Shown here: positions 38,345 to 51,890 of the stretch, piece by piece | Position numbering within the stretch: the first letter of the stretch is position 1 | Layout: every line of letters starts with the position of its first letter | NCBI GenBank assembly: GCA_963575745.1 | Contig: CAUYUJ010000025.1 | Coordinates: 62,001 to 119,432 of the forward strand | Source: Prorocentrum cordatum | Lineage: Eukaryota | Reading direction: 5' to 3' | Length of the DNA: 57,432 bases | Translations under genes and position numbers: made by a program | Notes under the pieces: generated by a model | What the model was told of the DNA's origin: nothing | The model's input: only the letters and a program-made list of their open reading frames with translations | Database searches by the model: none

Positions 38345-39389
38345 AGCATGTAGGTGGCGATCTGCACCACAGCGCTTGTGCACGCCTGCGTGCACCACAG
38401 CGCCTGGGTTCACCAAAACGCCTACGTACACCACAGCAGCCGCGTGCAACATAGCGCCAGTGTGTGCCACAGTGCCTTCGTACACCACAGCGCCTGCGTA
38501 CACCACATCAGCCGTGTGCAACACAGCACCAGTGTACACCACTATTCGCGCGTGCACAACACAGCGCTTGTGTACACCACGGCACCTGCGTGCACCGCAG
38601 CAACCATGTGCAACAGAGCACCTTGTTGCATATAGAATGTTCAAAGAAATCTATACGACAAAATGGAGCGCCTTTGGATTGCACGGAAAGCAATAGCCCA
38701 TATAGGAATTTCACGAGGAATCCGAATGGGAAAAAATCGCCGCTGGAATCTACGAGTCCTCGCGAGTCCGCCCACATCATCCTAACTCCCCCCATCTGCG
38801 TCCAGGAGGCTCCAGCGAAATTGGCCGTTCGAGAACCAGGTGGACTGATTCAATAAACAATTTTGCGGTGTCCGCTGAGATGCGCACGTGCGCTGCAGCG
38901 ACGACCCGCACGACAGGGGAAGGGTGAGGGAGGAGGAGGAGGAAGTGGAGGTGAAGGAGGAGGGAGGAGGGAAGAACGTCGCATTCGATCAGCACTACAC
39001 TGGCGTGGCGCTTAGCTGTCCGCAGCAGATCCCCAGTTACATGCTCCATCCACCTGTCCTGTGCACGCAGTCATTGTGGTGTACACCAGCGCTGCGTTGC
39101 ACGCGGATGCTGTGGTGTAGACAGGCGCTGTGGTGTGCACAGGCGCTGCGGTGGACGCAAGCATTGTGGTGTACGCAGGCGCGGTGTTGCACATGGTTGC
39201 TGCGGTGTACACACTCGTTGTGGTGTACGCCGGCGCTGTATTGCACGCAAGCAGTGTGGTGTACACAACCGCTGCGTTGCACACGGTTTTTGCGATGTAC
39301 GCAAGCGCTGTGGTGTACACGCGCGCTGTGGTGCACGCGAGCACTGTGGTGTATACAGGCGCTGTGGGGCAGATCGCCACCTACATGCT
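38345..39389. mobile_element. Foldback-like element with ~300-bp arms made of 18-bp tandem units
   Basis: AGCATGTAGGTGGCGATCTGC...GCAGATCGCCACCTACATGCT; (ACACCACAGCGCCTGCGT)n on the left and its complement on the right. Confidence 0.75.
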
Positions 39390-39393
39390 GCGT

Positions 39394-39439
<46 letters not shown>

Positions 39440-40335
39440 TCGTTGCTCGTCGCTCGTCGCTCACCGTCGTCGTGCGCGCGGGCGCGGCTATGGTGCCGGA
39501 CCCACACGGCGGGGGGGGGGCGTTATGTCATACCCCCCCCCCGCCCCCCCCCCTTGACGCCCGTCATCGCCGAAAATAAAGAAACGTGCCCGAACACCCA
39601 AAGGAAAATCGATGATTCTGGCCTCTCGGGACGGGCGGGCCCCGATGGGCGGGTCAGGCGGGCGGACCCTGACGGGCGCGTTTGGGCGAGCGGGCACTGA
39701 CGGGCGGGTCGGGCGGGCTGGGGATTGAAGCGCATGTCGCAAAATGCATCAGAGCCCCAGGCGAAAACGCAAGTCCCGAGCAAATTGCGGGGAGGTCGCG
39801 TGCGAGATCACGACTCTTGGACGTCGGGGGAGCAGCGGCTTCGTGCAGTGCAAGAGCGTCCTAGGCGAGAGCGCGATTCCATATGCGAATGTCTCGAGCG
39901 AGAGCGTGGTTTTGAATAGACTGCAGGGAAGAAGCTTCTGATGGCATTATTGAACCATTACTCGACGCTGGGAGCCCCTTCGGTGAGTCTGGGGAGCGTC
40001 CTGCGGTCTTCTTGGAGCGGTGTCGGGCTGCCCGGGAAGGCTGCCAGGGGCGAGAGTGGAAACCAGGGAGGTGACCCTTCTTTGTCGTTCTGGCAGCGGA
40101 CGGGGGAAGGGCATGGGGCCAACAACGCCGGCATTGGTTACCAGAACCACGCGCGCGGTTCGGTTCGCGTACGACAAGGCTAGAGTACCTACCTACATAC
40201 GCACAGCTGATTACAATGTTCATATTTACACATACATATACAGGTGCACATGTCCCTGTACATACGCACCTGTCTATCAATATCTGGTACCAGTGCATAC
40301 ATATATATAGATTGCAGCCGCAGGACACGAACATA

Positions 40336-40665
40336 AAACCGATAAACCGATAAACCGATAAACCGATAAACTATTTCGGTTGATCGGTTTATCGGCAGAT
40401 CGACCGATAAACCGATATGGTTATATCGGTTTATCGGTCGATCTGCCGATAAACTGATCAACCACTAAACCGACTCATTGCATGCGTGCCCGAATCTCAG
40501 CACAGTTTATCAGTTTATCGGTTTATCAGTTTATCAGTTTATCGGTTTATCGGTTTATCGGTTTATCAGTTTATCGGCTTATCCGAAATAGTTTGTCGGT
40601 TTATCAGTTTATCGGTATATCGGATGTTTCGGTTTATCGGTTTATTGGTTGATCGGTTTATCGGC
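40336..40665. repeat. (AAACCGATA)n/(TATCGGTTT)n inverted arrays; related block at 46950-47255
   Basis: 9-bp units in opposing orientations. Confidence 0.8.
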
Positions 40666-41064
40666 CCGGCGTTGTCGTGGTTGTCCAATGGGTAATCCTT
40701 CGAAATTCTCTCTCCTCTTCCTCCTAGTCCTCCCCTTCCTCTTCCTCCTAGTCCTCCTCCGCCTCCGCCTCCTCCTCCTCCTCCTCCTCCCTCTTCCTCC
40801 TCCCCCCTCCTCCGTTCCGATCCTCCCTCCCTCCCTCTCCTCCCTCTCCTCCCTCCCTCCCTCACTGGCCCCGACGCCCATGGTTCTCCTAGTCCTCCGT
40901 CCACCTCTTGCTCCTAGTCTCCTCCGCCTCCCCTTCCTCTTCCTCCTAGTCCTCCTCCGCCTCCGCCTCCTCCTCCTCCTCCTCTCCTCCTCCTCCTCCT
41001 CCTCCTCCTCCTCCTCCTCCTCGTTCCTCCTCCTCGTTCCTCCTCGGATTATAATCAGGATGGC

Positions 41065-41264
<200 letters not shown>

Positions 41265-41882
41265 GTGGGAAGATGATGGTGTTGATGAAGATTATGATTA
41301 TGCTTAGTAAGAAGGTGATGATGGCGGTGGTGGTGGTGATGTGGGCGGTGGTGAGGATGATGCTGAAAAGTCGGAGGATTATAAGGCGTCTTGGGGCCGT
41401 GTTTGCCGTCTTTGGGGGCGTCGTTGGGAGACGTGAAGAAGCCACTTTCGGCCGTCCACGTGCCCTGTGAAAACCATCTTAGGCTCTCGGAGGTCCTTGA
41501 CGGCCAGCTTGAGGCCCTCTTGTGCCCGTGATGCACTCTCTCCAAAATTGTTCTCGCTTCGCGTATCCCCACCAGCCCATCCAAAAACAGTCGCCAGGCG
41601 AGTTGACCCGATCAGGGATGTGTAGCATCATCTGGCCCAGCAGTGATCCACATCCGCTGTTGAGGTGGAGCAATCGGAGTTGAGAGAAGAGGAGGCATGC
41701 GGAAAAGGAGGGTGGAAGGAGCAAAAGGGAGGAAGGCGGGCAATGATGAGCAGGAGGGGGAGGAGGATGAGGAGGAGGGGGAGCCGGAGGAGGAGGATAA
41801 CAAGTAGCATGCGTATGCAAATATATAGGTGGCGAAGAAAGGCACGACGACGATGACGAGCAATACGACGACGACCACGACC

Positions 41883-41930
<48 letters not shown>

Positions 41931-42391
41931 GTCAACCACCAACATCCTTCGCTCTGAGAGCGTCGCGTATTGGAAGCCTCTTGGGGCCATCGCGGGGCAC
42001 TCTGAGGCCCATGTTGCAAGCCTCTGGAGCCCTCATGATGCGCTCTTGGGGTCCCTCTTGGGCTCTTGGGGCGCTCTTGGGGCCCTCTTGGAAGCCTTGG
42101 GTGCCCTCTTTGGGCTATCCTGGAGGCCTCTGGGGCCCTCCTGGTGCTCTCTTGGGGCCCTCTTTGGGCGCTCTTGGGGCCCTCTTGAGGCCATATTTGA
42201 TGCGTTGAAGGCCTTCTTGGGGCAATCGATCATATAAGGAGGGGGGTCCTGAAGTCACCCCCCCCCCGTCGGGACCCGAAAATGTGCCTCTTGGGGCCCT
42301 CTTGGGCCGCTCTTGGGGCGGTCTTGAGCGCTCTTGGGGCGGTATTGGGGCCCTCTTGGGCCATCATGGAGCCATCTTGAGGCCTCAGGGG

Positions 42392-44596
42392 CCCATCGAA
42401 CGCGAAAAGGCGATGATGCAGAAAACTGTGAAAAAAAACACAAGGGATTTCAAAGATTTTGGCCTCTTGATGGGTTCCTTGGAGGGCTCGACAGGCACTT
42501 GGAGCCGTCCTGGGGCGGTCTCGAGAGCTCTTGGATGCATGTTGAAAGCTATCTTGAACCATCTTGGGCTATCTTGCAAGATATTGGAGACCATCTGGGG
42601 CTCTTGGAGGCCCTCTTGCAGCCATATTGGGCCATCTTGGGCGCTCCAATTCCTCGCGAAACCCTCCCTCCAGGTCCAGGGTAGGGGGTAGGGGGAGGGG
42701 AAGCCCCCTCCCCGAAGGGGAAGGAGAGGGTTTAGCAGAACGAGCTCGTTAGACCACTCACGCCCTAAAGAGCTGGTGGGATTTACTCGGGCTGTCCCAA
42801 GGCCTTCTTTGCATGTTCAGCATGTTCGCTGCCATGTTCAACCGTCGCAGTACCATGTTGGAGCCCTCTTGGCGCGTATTGAGCCGCGGGAAACCCGAAT
42901 AAGTTGCAATGGCTGAAATCTTCGGAGCGTGCATGCTGTTTTCCTGATCGGGCATTGAGGTTCCCTGGGGGGGCCCCCGGGGCCGTCATGGGGACAGAGC
43001 CTCGGAGAAAGGGAGGCCGTGCACGCGCCGGGGCGCTGATAGAGAGGGGGGGGTTCTTGGAAGATCACATAAGCTCATCCAGACAGCACAAGGCATTCGA
43101 GCACGCCTCAAAATGCCAAGACGCGCAATGGCGGGTAAGTTCTTCTTCATGGAGAATTCAAGTTGCGCGATCCGCAAGTATTTACAGCCTTCGGCACATG
43201 CCGCCGCAGTGCCTGGGTTTGGGTCACAATCCACAAGGGCGCATTCTTGGGGCCACTTGAGCGCTTCTTGGGGCACCTCCTGGAGCTGCCCGAGCCCCTT
43301 TTGGGCAATCTCTGGGGACGTGTTGGGGGCTCCGCGAAACCTCATGGGAGCTGTTTGGCGCCGAGAGTTCCCAATGTCACTTCGGGTCCCACGTTTTTCC
43401 CCTTGTTGCACCCGCAGCGGAGACTCGCCTGGGAGATTCGAGGATATGGGGTCCGAGCCCTTTGGGAATCCTTGAGCATGAGCACTGAGGACTACCCCAT
43501 CGAACGCGAAAAGGCGATGATGCAGAAAACTGTGGAAAAAACACAAGGGATTTCAAAGATTTTGGCCTCTTGATGGGCTCCTTGGAGGGCTCGACAGGCA
43601 CTTGGAGCCGTCCTGGGGCGGTCTCGAGAGCTCTTGGATGCATGTTGAAAGCTATCTTGAACCATCTTGGGCTATCTTGCAAGATATTGGAGACCATCTG
43701 GGGCTCTTGGAGGCCCTCTTGCAGCCATATTGGGCCATCTTGGGCGCTCCAATTCCTCGCGAAACCCTCCCTCCAGGTCCAGGGTAGGGGGTAGGGGGAG
43801 GGGAAGCCCCCTCCCCGAAGGGGAAGGAGAGGGTTTAGCAGAACGAGCTCGTTAGACCACTCACGCCCTAAAGAGCTGGTGGGATTTACTCGGGCTGTCC
43901 CAAGGCCTTCTTTGCATGTTCAGCATGTTCGCTGCCATGTTCAACCGTCGCAGTGCCATGTTGGAGCCCTCTTGGCGCGTATTGAGCCGCGGGAAACCCG
44001 AATAAGTTGCAATGGCTGAAATCTTCGGAGCGTGCATGCTGTTTTCCTGATCGGGCATTGAGGTTCCCTGGGGGGCCCCCGGGGCCGTCATGGGGACAGA
44101 GCCTCGGAGAAAGGGAGGCCGTGCACGCGCCGGGGCGCTGATAGAGAGGGGGGGTTCTTGGAAGATCACATAAGCTCATCCAGACAGCACAAGGCATTCG
44201 AGCACGCCTCAAAATGCCAAGACGCGCAATGGCGGGTAAGTTCTTCTTCATGGAGAATTCAAGTTGCGCGATCCGCAAGTATTTACAGCCTTCGGCACAT
44301 GCCGCCGCAGTGCCTGGGTTTGGGTCACAATCCACAAGGGCGCATTCTTGGGGCCACTTGAGCGCTTCTTGGGGCACCTCCTGGAGCTGCCCGAGCCCCT
44401 TTTGGGCAATCTCTGGGGACGTGTTGGGGGCTCCGCGAAACCTCATGGGAGCTGTTTGGCGCCGAGAGTTCCCAATGTCACTTCGGGTCCCACGTTTTTC
44501 CCCTTGTTGCACCCGCAGCGGAGACTCGCCTGGGAGATTCGAGGATATGGGGTCCGAGCCCTTTGGGAATCCTTGAGCATGAGCACTGAGGACTAC
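42392..44596. repeat. Near-identical ~1.1-kb tandem duplication
   Basis: 42392-43495 vs 43496-44596; a few substitutions and homopolymer-length differences. Confidence 0.95.
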
Positions 44597-44795
44597 ATGG
44601 AGACTTCATGGGACTGAATACTGAGAACTACATCGTGCCTCGGGGTACGGTGGCGGTTCGAAACGACGGCCGCAAGCAACTCTTGCCAAGCGTGAGTTGG
44701 GCCGTGTTGGTAGAGCGCTACGCCTGCCCACAGAAGGAGCAGGAGTACAAGCGCGTGCTCCAGATCATCGCCGCTTTAGCAGCGAAGCCAGAAAC
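44591..44795 (+). CDS. Candidate exon (…DFMGLNTENYIVPRG…EQEYKRVLQIIAAL)
   Basis: Open, protein-like stretch after an AG; family not recognised. Confidence 0.3.
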
Positions 44796-44859
44796 CGTAG
44801 TCGTCATCATCAGCACCATCCCCATCGCCATCGTCGTCGTCATCGTCACCGTCGTCGTG

Positions 44860-45038
44860 GTGCACCCCCCGACCCCTCGAGCACCAAGGCTTCCTGGCCT
44901 TCGGGAGCTCCCCTCGTCGCCGCGGCCGGACGCGGCGACAGAGACGGGTGTCTTTTGACTCTGGGGAAAATCCGGGGACCCCTTTTGGACGTTTCTGGGT
45001 CGGGGGGTGCACGACGACGCAGGCGAGGACACCGTCGC

Positions 45039-45072
<34 letters not shown>

Positions 45073-45268
45073 TTCGCCGCCGTCGTCGTGGCGCGCCCCC
45101 CGACCCTTCGACCACCGAGGCTTTCTGGCCTTCGTGGGCCCCCCTCGTCGCCGCGGCCGGACGCGGTGACAGAGGCTGGTGCTGCTTGGCCCTGGGAAGC
45201 GCCCCGAAACCCGTTTGGGGCGATTTTTGGGTCGGGAGGGAACGACGACGACGACGGCAACGACGCCG

Positions 45269-45365
<97 letters not shown>

Positions 45366-45572
45366 ACCCCCCGACCCCTCGAGCACCGAGGCTTTGTAGC
45401 CTTCGGGGGCCCCCCTCGTCGCCGCGGCCGGACGCGGCGACAGAAACTGGTGCCTTTTGACCCTGGGAAGGGTCCGGAGCCTTGTTCGGGACGGATCTTG
45501 GGTCGGGGGGTGCACGACGACGACGACGGCGACGACGCCGTCGCAGCCGCCGCCGCCGCCGTCGCCGCCGCC

Positions 45573-45661
<89 letters not shown>

Positions 45662-45840
45662 GGTACACGCCCCCGACCCTTCGAGCACCGAGGCTTTCTG
45701 GCCTTCCTGGGCCCCCCTCGTCGCCGCGGCCGGACGCGGTGACAGAGGCTGGTGCTTTTTGACCTTGAGAAGAGTCCTGGGGCCCGATTGGGACGGATTC
45801 TGGGTCGGGTGGGCGCACGACGACGACGGCGACGACGCCG

Positions 45841-45893
<53 letters not shown>

Positions 45894-45897
45894 ATCG

Positions 45898-45928
<31 letters not shown>

Positions 45929-46035
45929 GGTGCACCCCCCGACCCCTCGAGCACCGAGGCTTTGTGGCCTTCGGGGCCCCCCTCGTCGCCACGGCCGGAC
46001 GCGGCGACAGAGGCTGGTGCGTTTTGATCCTGGGA
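44860..46035. repeat. Composite satellite, ~230-300-bp units containing (GAC)n(GCC)n(GTC)n
   Basis: Unit starts at ~44860, 45091, 45363, 45662 and 45930. Confidence 0.9.
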
Positions 46036-47285
46036 AGAGTCCGGGGAACCGGCATCCTGGGTGACCGATTCGATTGCCACGCAAATGAATGTTCGATGGC
46101 CCGGCATATCAGACCCACTACGAAGGTGTCCCTTGCCCCCCCAGTCCCGAGAAGGGACAGCGCATCATTGAGGGGACGAATGGGATGAGGACGCTGGGGT
46201 GTCCTCCGACTCCTGGCTACTCCCTCATATCCTTGCCTCACCGTGGCAATCCGTCCAATTAGAGCGCCTCACGGCGGCTTACCGCAATCGCGCGCCCTTG
46301 ACTCTGAAAAGAGGAGGAGGTGGAGGAGGACACGGAGGAGGAGGAGGAAGACGACGACAACGACGCAGAGGAGGAGGAGGAGGAGGAGGAGGAGGCCCGT
46401 TCCTCGTGAGACATCCTCGGAAGTCTGGGCTCCAACGCGCCACGACAAGTGATTATTAGCGCTCTCGCCTGGGACATCTTCACCACGCCGGCGCATCCCG
46501 CTTAAAGCATCCGCAGCATTCTGGGATCCGATATTCTTTGAGTTGAAGTAATCTGGCCACCATCGCCTGAGCCATCCTCGCACTTGCTTCCCGCCGAAAT
46601 TTGCCCCGCCAGATTTTGCCTCCCGCGCGGCTGCCGCCATCGCCATCATTATCATCAGCATGACCTTCCTCATCCTCATCCTGAGACATCCTCGCAACGC
46701 TGACCTCTGATATTCTTCCCTGCTCCAAATTGTCCTGGCCAGTTCCGCCTGCACAAAAACTCGCAGCGTTGACCTGGGATGCGCCCTGCCTTCACGTAGT
46801 CTGACCCCCGATCTTCCCCGAGATGCGGTGTTCAGGCCACTTGCGCCTGAGACGCCCTCGCGCCTCTCTCTGACTTCGGAGGTGCCCTGCCCCATGGCGG
46901 TCCGGCCACTGTCGCCGTCGCCGTCGTCGTCGTGGCGGGGAACTGACAACCAACCGATAACCCGATAAACCGATAAACCGATATGCGGCACAAGGATCGC
47001 CTCCACAGGTTCCCCCCCAGCGGTCTCAGACCAGCCAATCAACCGATAAACCGATCAACCGATAAACCGATCAACCGACGAAGAGAGGGGGGCGCGCCAG
47101 CAATCGCCTCTATGTTCGCATACGAAGTTTATCGGTTTTTCGGTTGAGCGACCGATCCACCGATAAACCGATCAAATTATATCGGTTTTTCGGTTGATCG
47201 GTTTGCAAACCGTTCAACCGATTAGTTTTTATCGGTTTATCGGTTTATCGGTCGGATGGATTTCCGGAAGCCGTTGCCGCTGCAC

Positions 47286-47320
<35 letters not shown>

Positions 47321-48698
47321 GCAAATGTAATTGCATTTGCATTTGTAAGTGCAACAGTATGCATGTAGGTATGTATATAGGTATGTTGATACACACACAT
47401 GTGTGTGCGTTTCTGTACATATACGTGCACAACTTTTATATAGCTGTATATACATATATATAGGCATCCATAGTATGTAACCCTCTACCCGTGTTCCTTT
47501 ATTTCTCTGTGTCTCTCTCTCTCTCTCTCTCCCCCGTCCTGTGAGCGTTCCGCTCTGCCATGTGATTTTAAGACCCCGCGGCGTCAGACATCCGGATCAG
47601 CTCCTGGTGTTTGCCTGGCCTGCGTGCTTACCACAGACCGGAGATCCACGTAGCTCGAAAGATCAGCATCGTAGTCACGGTCTTCCTTCTCCTCATCCTC
47701 CTCCGCCTGGTCTCTCTCTCTCTCTCTCTCTCTTTATCACTTTCTCTCTCTCTCTCTTTTTCTCTCTATCGTTCTCCTCCTGCTGCTACTTCTGCTCCTC
47801 CGCGACCTTTCTGTCCCATTCGTCACTCTCCAAGCCCGGCTCATCTCCATCATCCGACCTTCTCTGCCCCCTCCTCCCCAACCGTGCCCTCTCTCCCCGT
47901 TCCCCTCCCTCTTCCCGTCGGTCCCTCCTGCCCATCGCGCTGCCCCCTTCCATCCCCCATCCCCTGGCCCTCCCTGCTCCCTGCCCCCATATTCAACTCG
48001 GCGAGGGGATCCTGCCCCGACACCCCGTGGGGCGGAGGGAGAGGGCCGTGCTGATGTCCGAAAACTCCTCTCTTGCAGAGCTCCATCATCGGGGGGGCGG
48101 GGGGGCCATTGTTACGCCAGATTCGCGACGCCGGGGGGAGAGGGCCGTGCTGATGTCCGCAAGCTCTCTCTTGCAAAGCTCCACCATCGAGGGGGGGGCA
48201 CTGGACTCGCGACGCGCTGGCGACCCTGGTGCGCTCGCTCCAGGGATGAGAGCGGCGCCGGTGGCCCAGAGCCGGCCGATGCCGAAGAATTTCAGGCGCG
48301 ATCGGGGAGCCGCGCTCGCTCCCGGGTGGGGCGGTCCACGCGCGGCGTCAGAAGCCGACGCGCAAGACGCAAGTCGTCAGGGCAAGAACCCGCCCTCCTC
48401 CTCCCTCCTCCTCCTCCTCCTCCTCCTCCTCCTCCTCCCCCTCCTCCTCGTCCCCCCTCCTCCTCCTCCTCCTCCTCCTCCTCCTCCTCCTCGTCCCCCC
48501 TCCTCCCTCCTCCCCCCTCCTCCCTCCTCCCACCTCCGAGGTCGCGATTCGTTCCCAACGTGGACCTGTCGAGGTCTCGACCCCCTTCGGGACTGGTGCT
48601 TCATCCCGAGCCGTTTTCTGTGTGGCGGTCCCGTGGCCCAGCGAGGGCCCGCCCGCGAGCGGCCGAAGACGGAGAAAGGCGCGCCGGCGCCCCCAGAC

Positions 48699-48848
48699 TG
48701 AAGTCGGGCACGTCCCTCTGCAGGGGGATTTAAAAAAAAAAAAAAAAATGTGGACGATTTGTTTTAGTAGTTTTGCGCATGTTTGTGATTTGTGTTGTCT
48801 GACTACGTTTGTCCACAATCCGGCTGCAGATGGACATGCCCGACCTAG
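48699..48848. mobile_element. MITE family A
   Basis: Perfect TSD CCCCAGAC. Confidence 0.85.
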
Positions 48849-49346
48849 CCCCAGACGTCCTCGCACGTGTTTTGTTCCGTGTGCCGTCGGCGGCCCCGGG
48901 GTTCCCGACCCCTTCTGGGGGGCGGCCGCACGTCCCAGCCCCACTGTTGGTGGCCCTCCTCCTCCTCCTCCTCCCTCCCTCCTCCTCCTGCTCCTCCCTT
49001 CTCCTCCTCCACCTCCTCCTCCTCCTCCTGCTCCTCCCTCCTCCTCCTCCTCCTCCTCCTCCGCCTCCTCTTCCTCCTCCGTCTCCTCCTCCTCCTCCTC
49101 CTCCTCCTCCCTCCTCCCCTCTCCTCCTCCTCCTCCTCCTCCTTCCTCCTCTTCCTCCTCCTCCTTCTCCTCCTCCTCCTCCGCTCCTCGTTCTTCTCCC
49201 TCTCCTCCTCCTCCTTCTCCTCCTCCTCTCCCTCCTCCTCCTCCTCCTCCTCCTCCTCCTCCTCCTCCTCCTCCTCCTCCATCCTCCTCCGCCTCGTTCT
49301 TCTCCTCGTTCTCTCCTCCTCCTCCTCCTCCGCCTCCCCTCCTCCT

Positions 49347-49382
<36 letters not shown>

Positions 49383-51890
49383 CCCTCCTCCTCCTCCTCC
49401 CCCTCCTCCTCCTCCGGACAAGACGTCCTCGCACACTATGTGTTTGTGCAGTCCGCGGCGGCCCAGGGGGCGGCCGCACGTCGCGGCTCCACTGTTGGTG
49501 GCGGCCCCCCGCGGCCCGGCCCCGGGCCCCGGAGGGCGCAGAGCCGAAGAAGAGCAACCATCGGATCCACTCGGGGATTTGGCGCCAAAACAGCATGACA
49601 ATCATCACTAGGCCTCCCCCTCATCTTCTCTTCCTCCTCCTCCTCCTCCTCCTCCTCCTCCTCCTCTCTCCTCCTCCCTCCTCCTCCTCCTCCTCCTCCT
49701 CCTCCTCCTCCTCCTCCTCCTCCTACTCCAACTCCAACTCCAACTCCTCTCCTCCAACTCCTCCTCCTCTCCTCCTCCTCCTCCCCCCCTCTCCTCCTCC
49801 TCCTCCTCCTCCTCCTCCTCCCCTCCTCCTCCTCCTCCTCCTCCTCCTCCTCCTCCTCTCCTCCTCCCCCTCCTCCTCCTCCTCCTCTCCTCCTCCTCCT
49901 CCTCCTTCCTCCTCCTCCTCCTCCTCCTTCCTCCCCTCCTCCCCCTCCTCCGCCTCCTCCTCCCCTCTCCTGAGCTCCTCCTCCGTCTCCTCCTCCTCCT
50001 CTCCTCCTCCCTCCTCCTTCCCCTCATCCTCCTCCTCCTCCTTCCTCCCTTCTCATCCTCCTCCTCCTCCTCCTACTCCTCCTCCTTCTCCTCGTCCTCC
50101 TCCTCCTCGTTCTTCTCCTCGTTCTCTTCCTCCTCCTCCTCCTCCTCCTCCTCCTCCTCCTCCTCTTCCTTCTCGTCCTCCTCTTCTTCCTCCTCCTCCT
50201 CCTCCATCCTCATCCTCATCCTAATCCTCTCTCTTCTTCCTTCTCCTCCCGTCGGCAAGGCGGCCCATACAGACTTTCTTCTTCATCGTTTTGCCGATCA
50301 GCGCGGGCCCTCGCCCCCCCACAAACGTCGGGCGTCTCGAAAAAATCGGGACAAAGGTTTTTCGTCGTTGTCGACCTCAAGGGGCCCTTACCAGGCCTCG
50401 GGACCGTCAAAACACGACTCGGGACTCGGGTTGGGAGGTCGAGGACTCGCGTCTCGAAAAAATCGAGACGTCGGATGTCTGGGCCCTCCCCCCCATGGAG
50501 TAGATCTTGGCTGTTTTTTGGCGCCTGTTTCGAGCAGACGGAGTCCCTCCCCCTTAGGACGCACTGCTGCAAACAGTCGCATTAAGCAGAGGTCCGGAGC
50601 CATACCCCCCTGTCCCCCCACCTTCTGCCCCATGTCGAAACGCCGAATAAGAAACCGCTCACTTGGGCAGGAATCGTATCCTCAGATGTCCATCGCCTTC
50701 TGGCACGCGGAAGCGCGCTATGAGATCTCACGGGAGAGAAATCCCCGGAGGCTTGTCCAACGGAGGTTGTCCAGTGGGGTTGTCTGGATCCCCGCTGAGC
50801 CGCCCAGTGTTTTTCCCTGGGGTGGGTCGTCTTGTCGTCATGAATCTGCACGGGTGGTCCCGGGGGTTGTCCAGGGATGTGTTTTCCGACGGGATCGATC
50901 TAGATATGTGTACACATCTACATATATATATACTTATGTCTATATATTTAGACATATACATATATACACATTTACAATACATATATATGTATATATATAT
51001 GCATACATACAAACATATCGGTATATATATATATAGACACAAATGTCCCATTGAGCATAGCAGCAGCAGCAGGAGGCCAAGTGTCCGGCAGGACGCGTAG
51101 GCAGACTGGAAGAGTTAAACACTGCATTCGCCGAAGCGAACACTTTATTGAATATAGCACTCATTGAACAGTGAACAACATACTCTCATAACTCATTGAG
51201 CATAGCACTCTCGGGCAACTCATTCGCCGAAGCGAGCACTTCATTGAATATAGCACTGCATTCGCCGAAGCGAAGCACTGCATTCGCCGAAGCGAGCACT
51301 TCATTGAGTATAGCACTCACTGAACAGCGAACATCATACTCTCATAACTCATGGAGCATAGCACTCTCGGGCAACTCCTCCAGACCCCCCGACGTCATGC
51401 TTTTGTCATGACGTCGACCCCAGAGGTCCTTTTCTACGGTCCCGAGGCCCGGCGAAGGCCCCCCGGGGCCGAAAATAGCGAATTACTCCGACGGAAGAAC
51501 CCCACATAAGAATCCTCTGGGCGAATCTGGAAAAAGCCATCACCGTCGTCCTCGTGGTTGGTGAGGCGTCCTGGCTGTCTCTTCTGCGTATATTTCCTCT
51601 CGCCTTGGCGCGGGCCCCCCTTCCTCTCCTTACGTTGTCCCCATCCTCGCCCCCCTGTTTGTTCCGCGCCCCGCCACCTCCTCCCCTTCCTGTTGCATGA
51701 GCGCGCATGTCGATGTTCCTCGGCGCCGTCGCCGCCACGGCCAGCACAGGCGCGTTCTCTACAGGTCACGTCGCGCAGCCGTTGGGACAACCCCGCGGGC
51801 CAGGCTGTCGGGACAACCCCGCGAGCCGTTGGCGCGCAAGACCAAGCCGTTGGGACAACCCCGCGGGCTTCGAGCGAGGCGCAGCCGCGC

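Noticed and set aside
46400..46800. Minus-strand protein-like stretch (…LRVFVQAELARTIW…GWLRRWWPDYF…)
   Set aside because: Possibly a decayed element, but no motif I can name.
48348..50224. Long poly-P/E/G/L/S ORFs (here and at 8700, 24100, 36000, 40600, 44700 and 54800)
   Set aside because: They are translations of trinucleotide microsatellites and are open in several frames at once.
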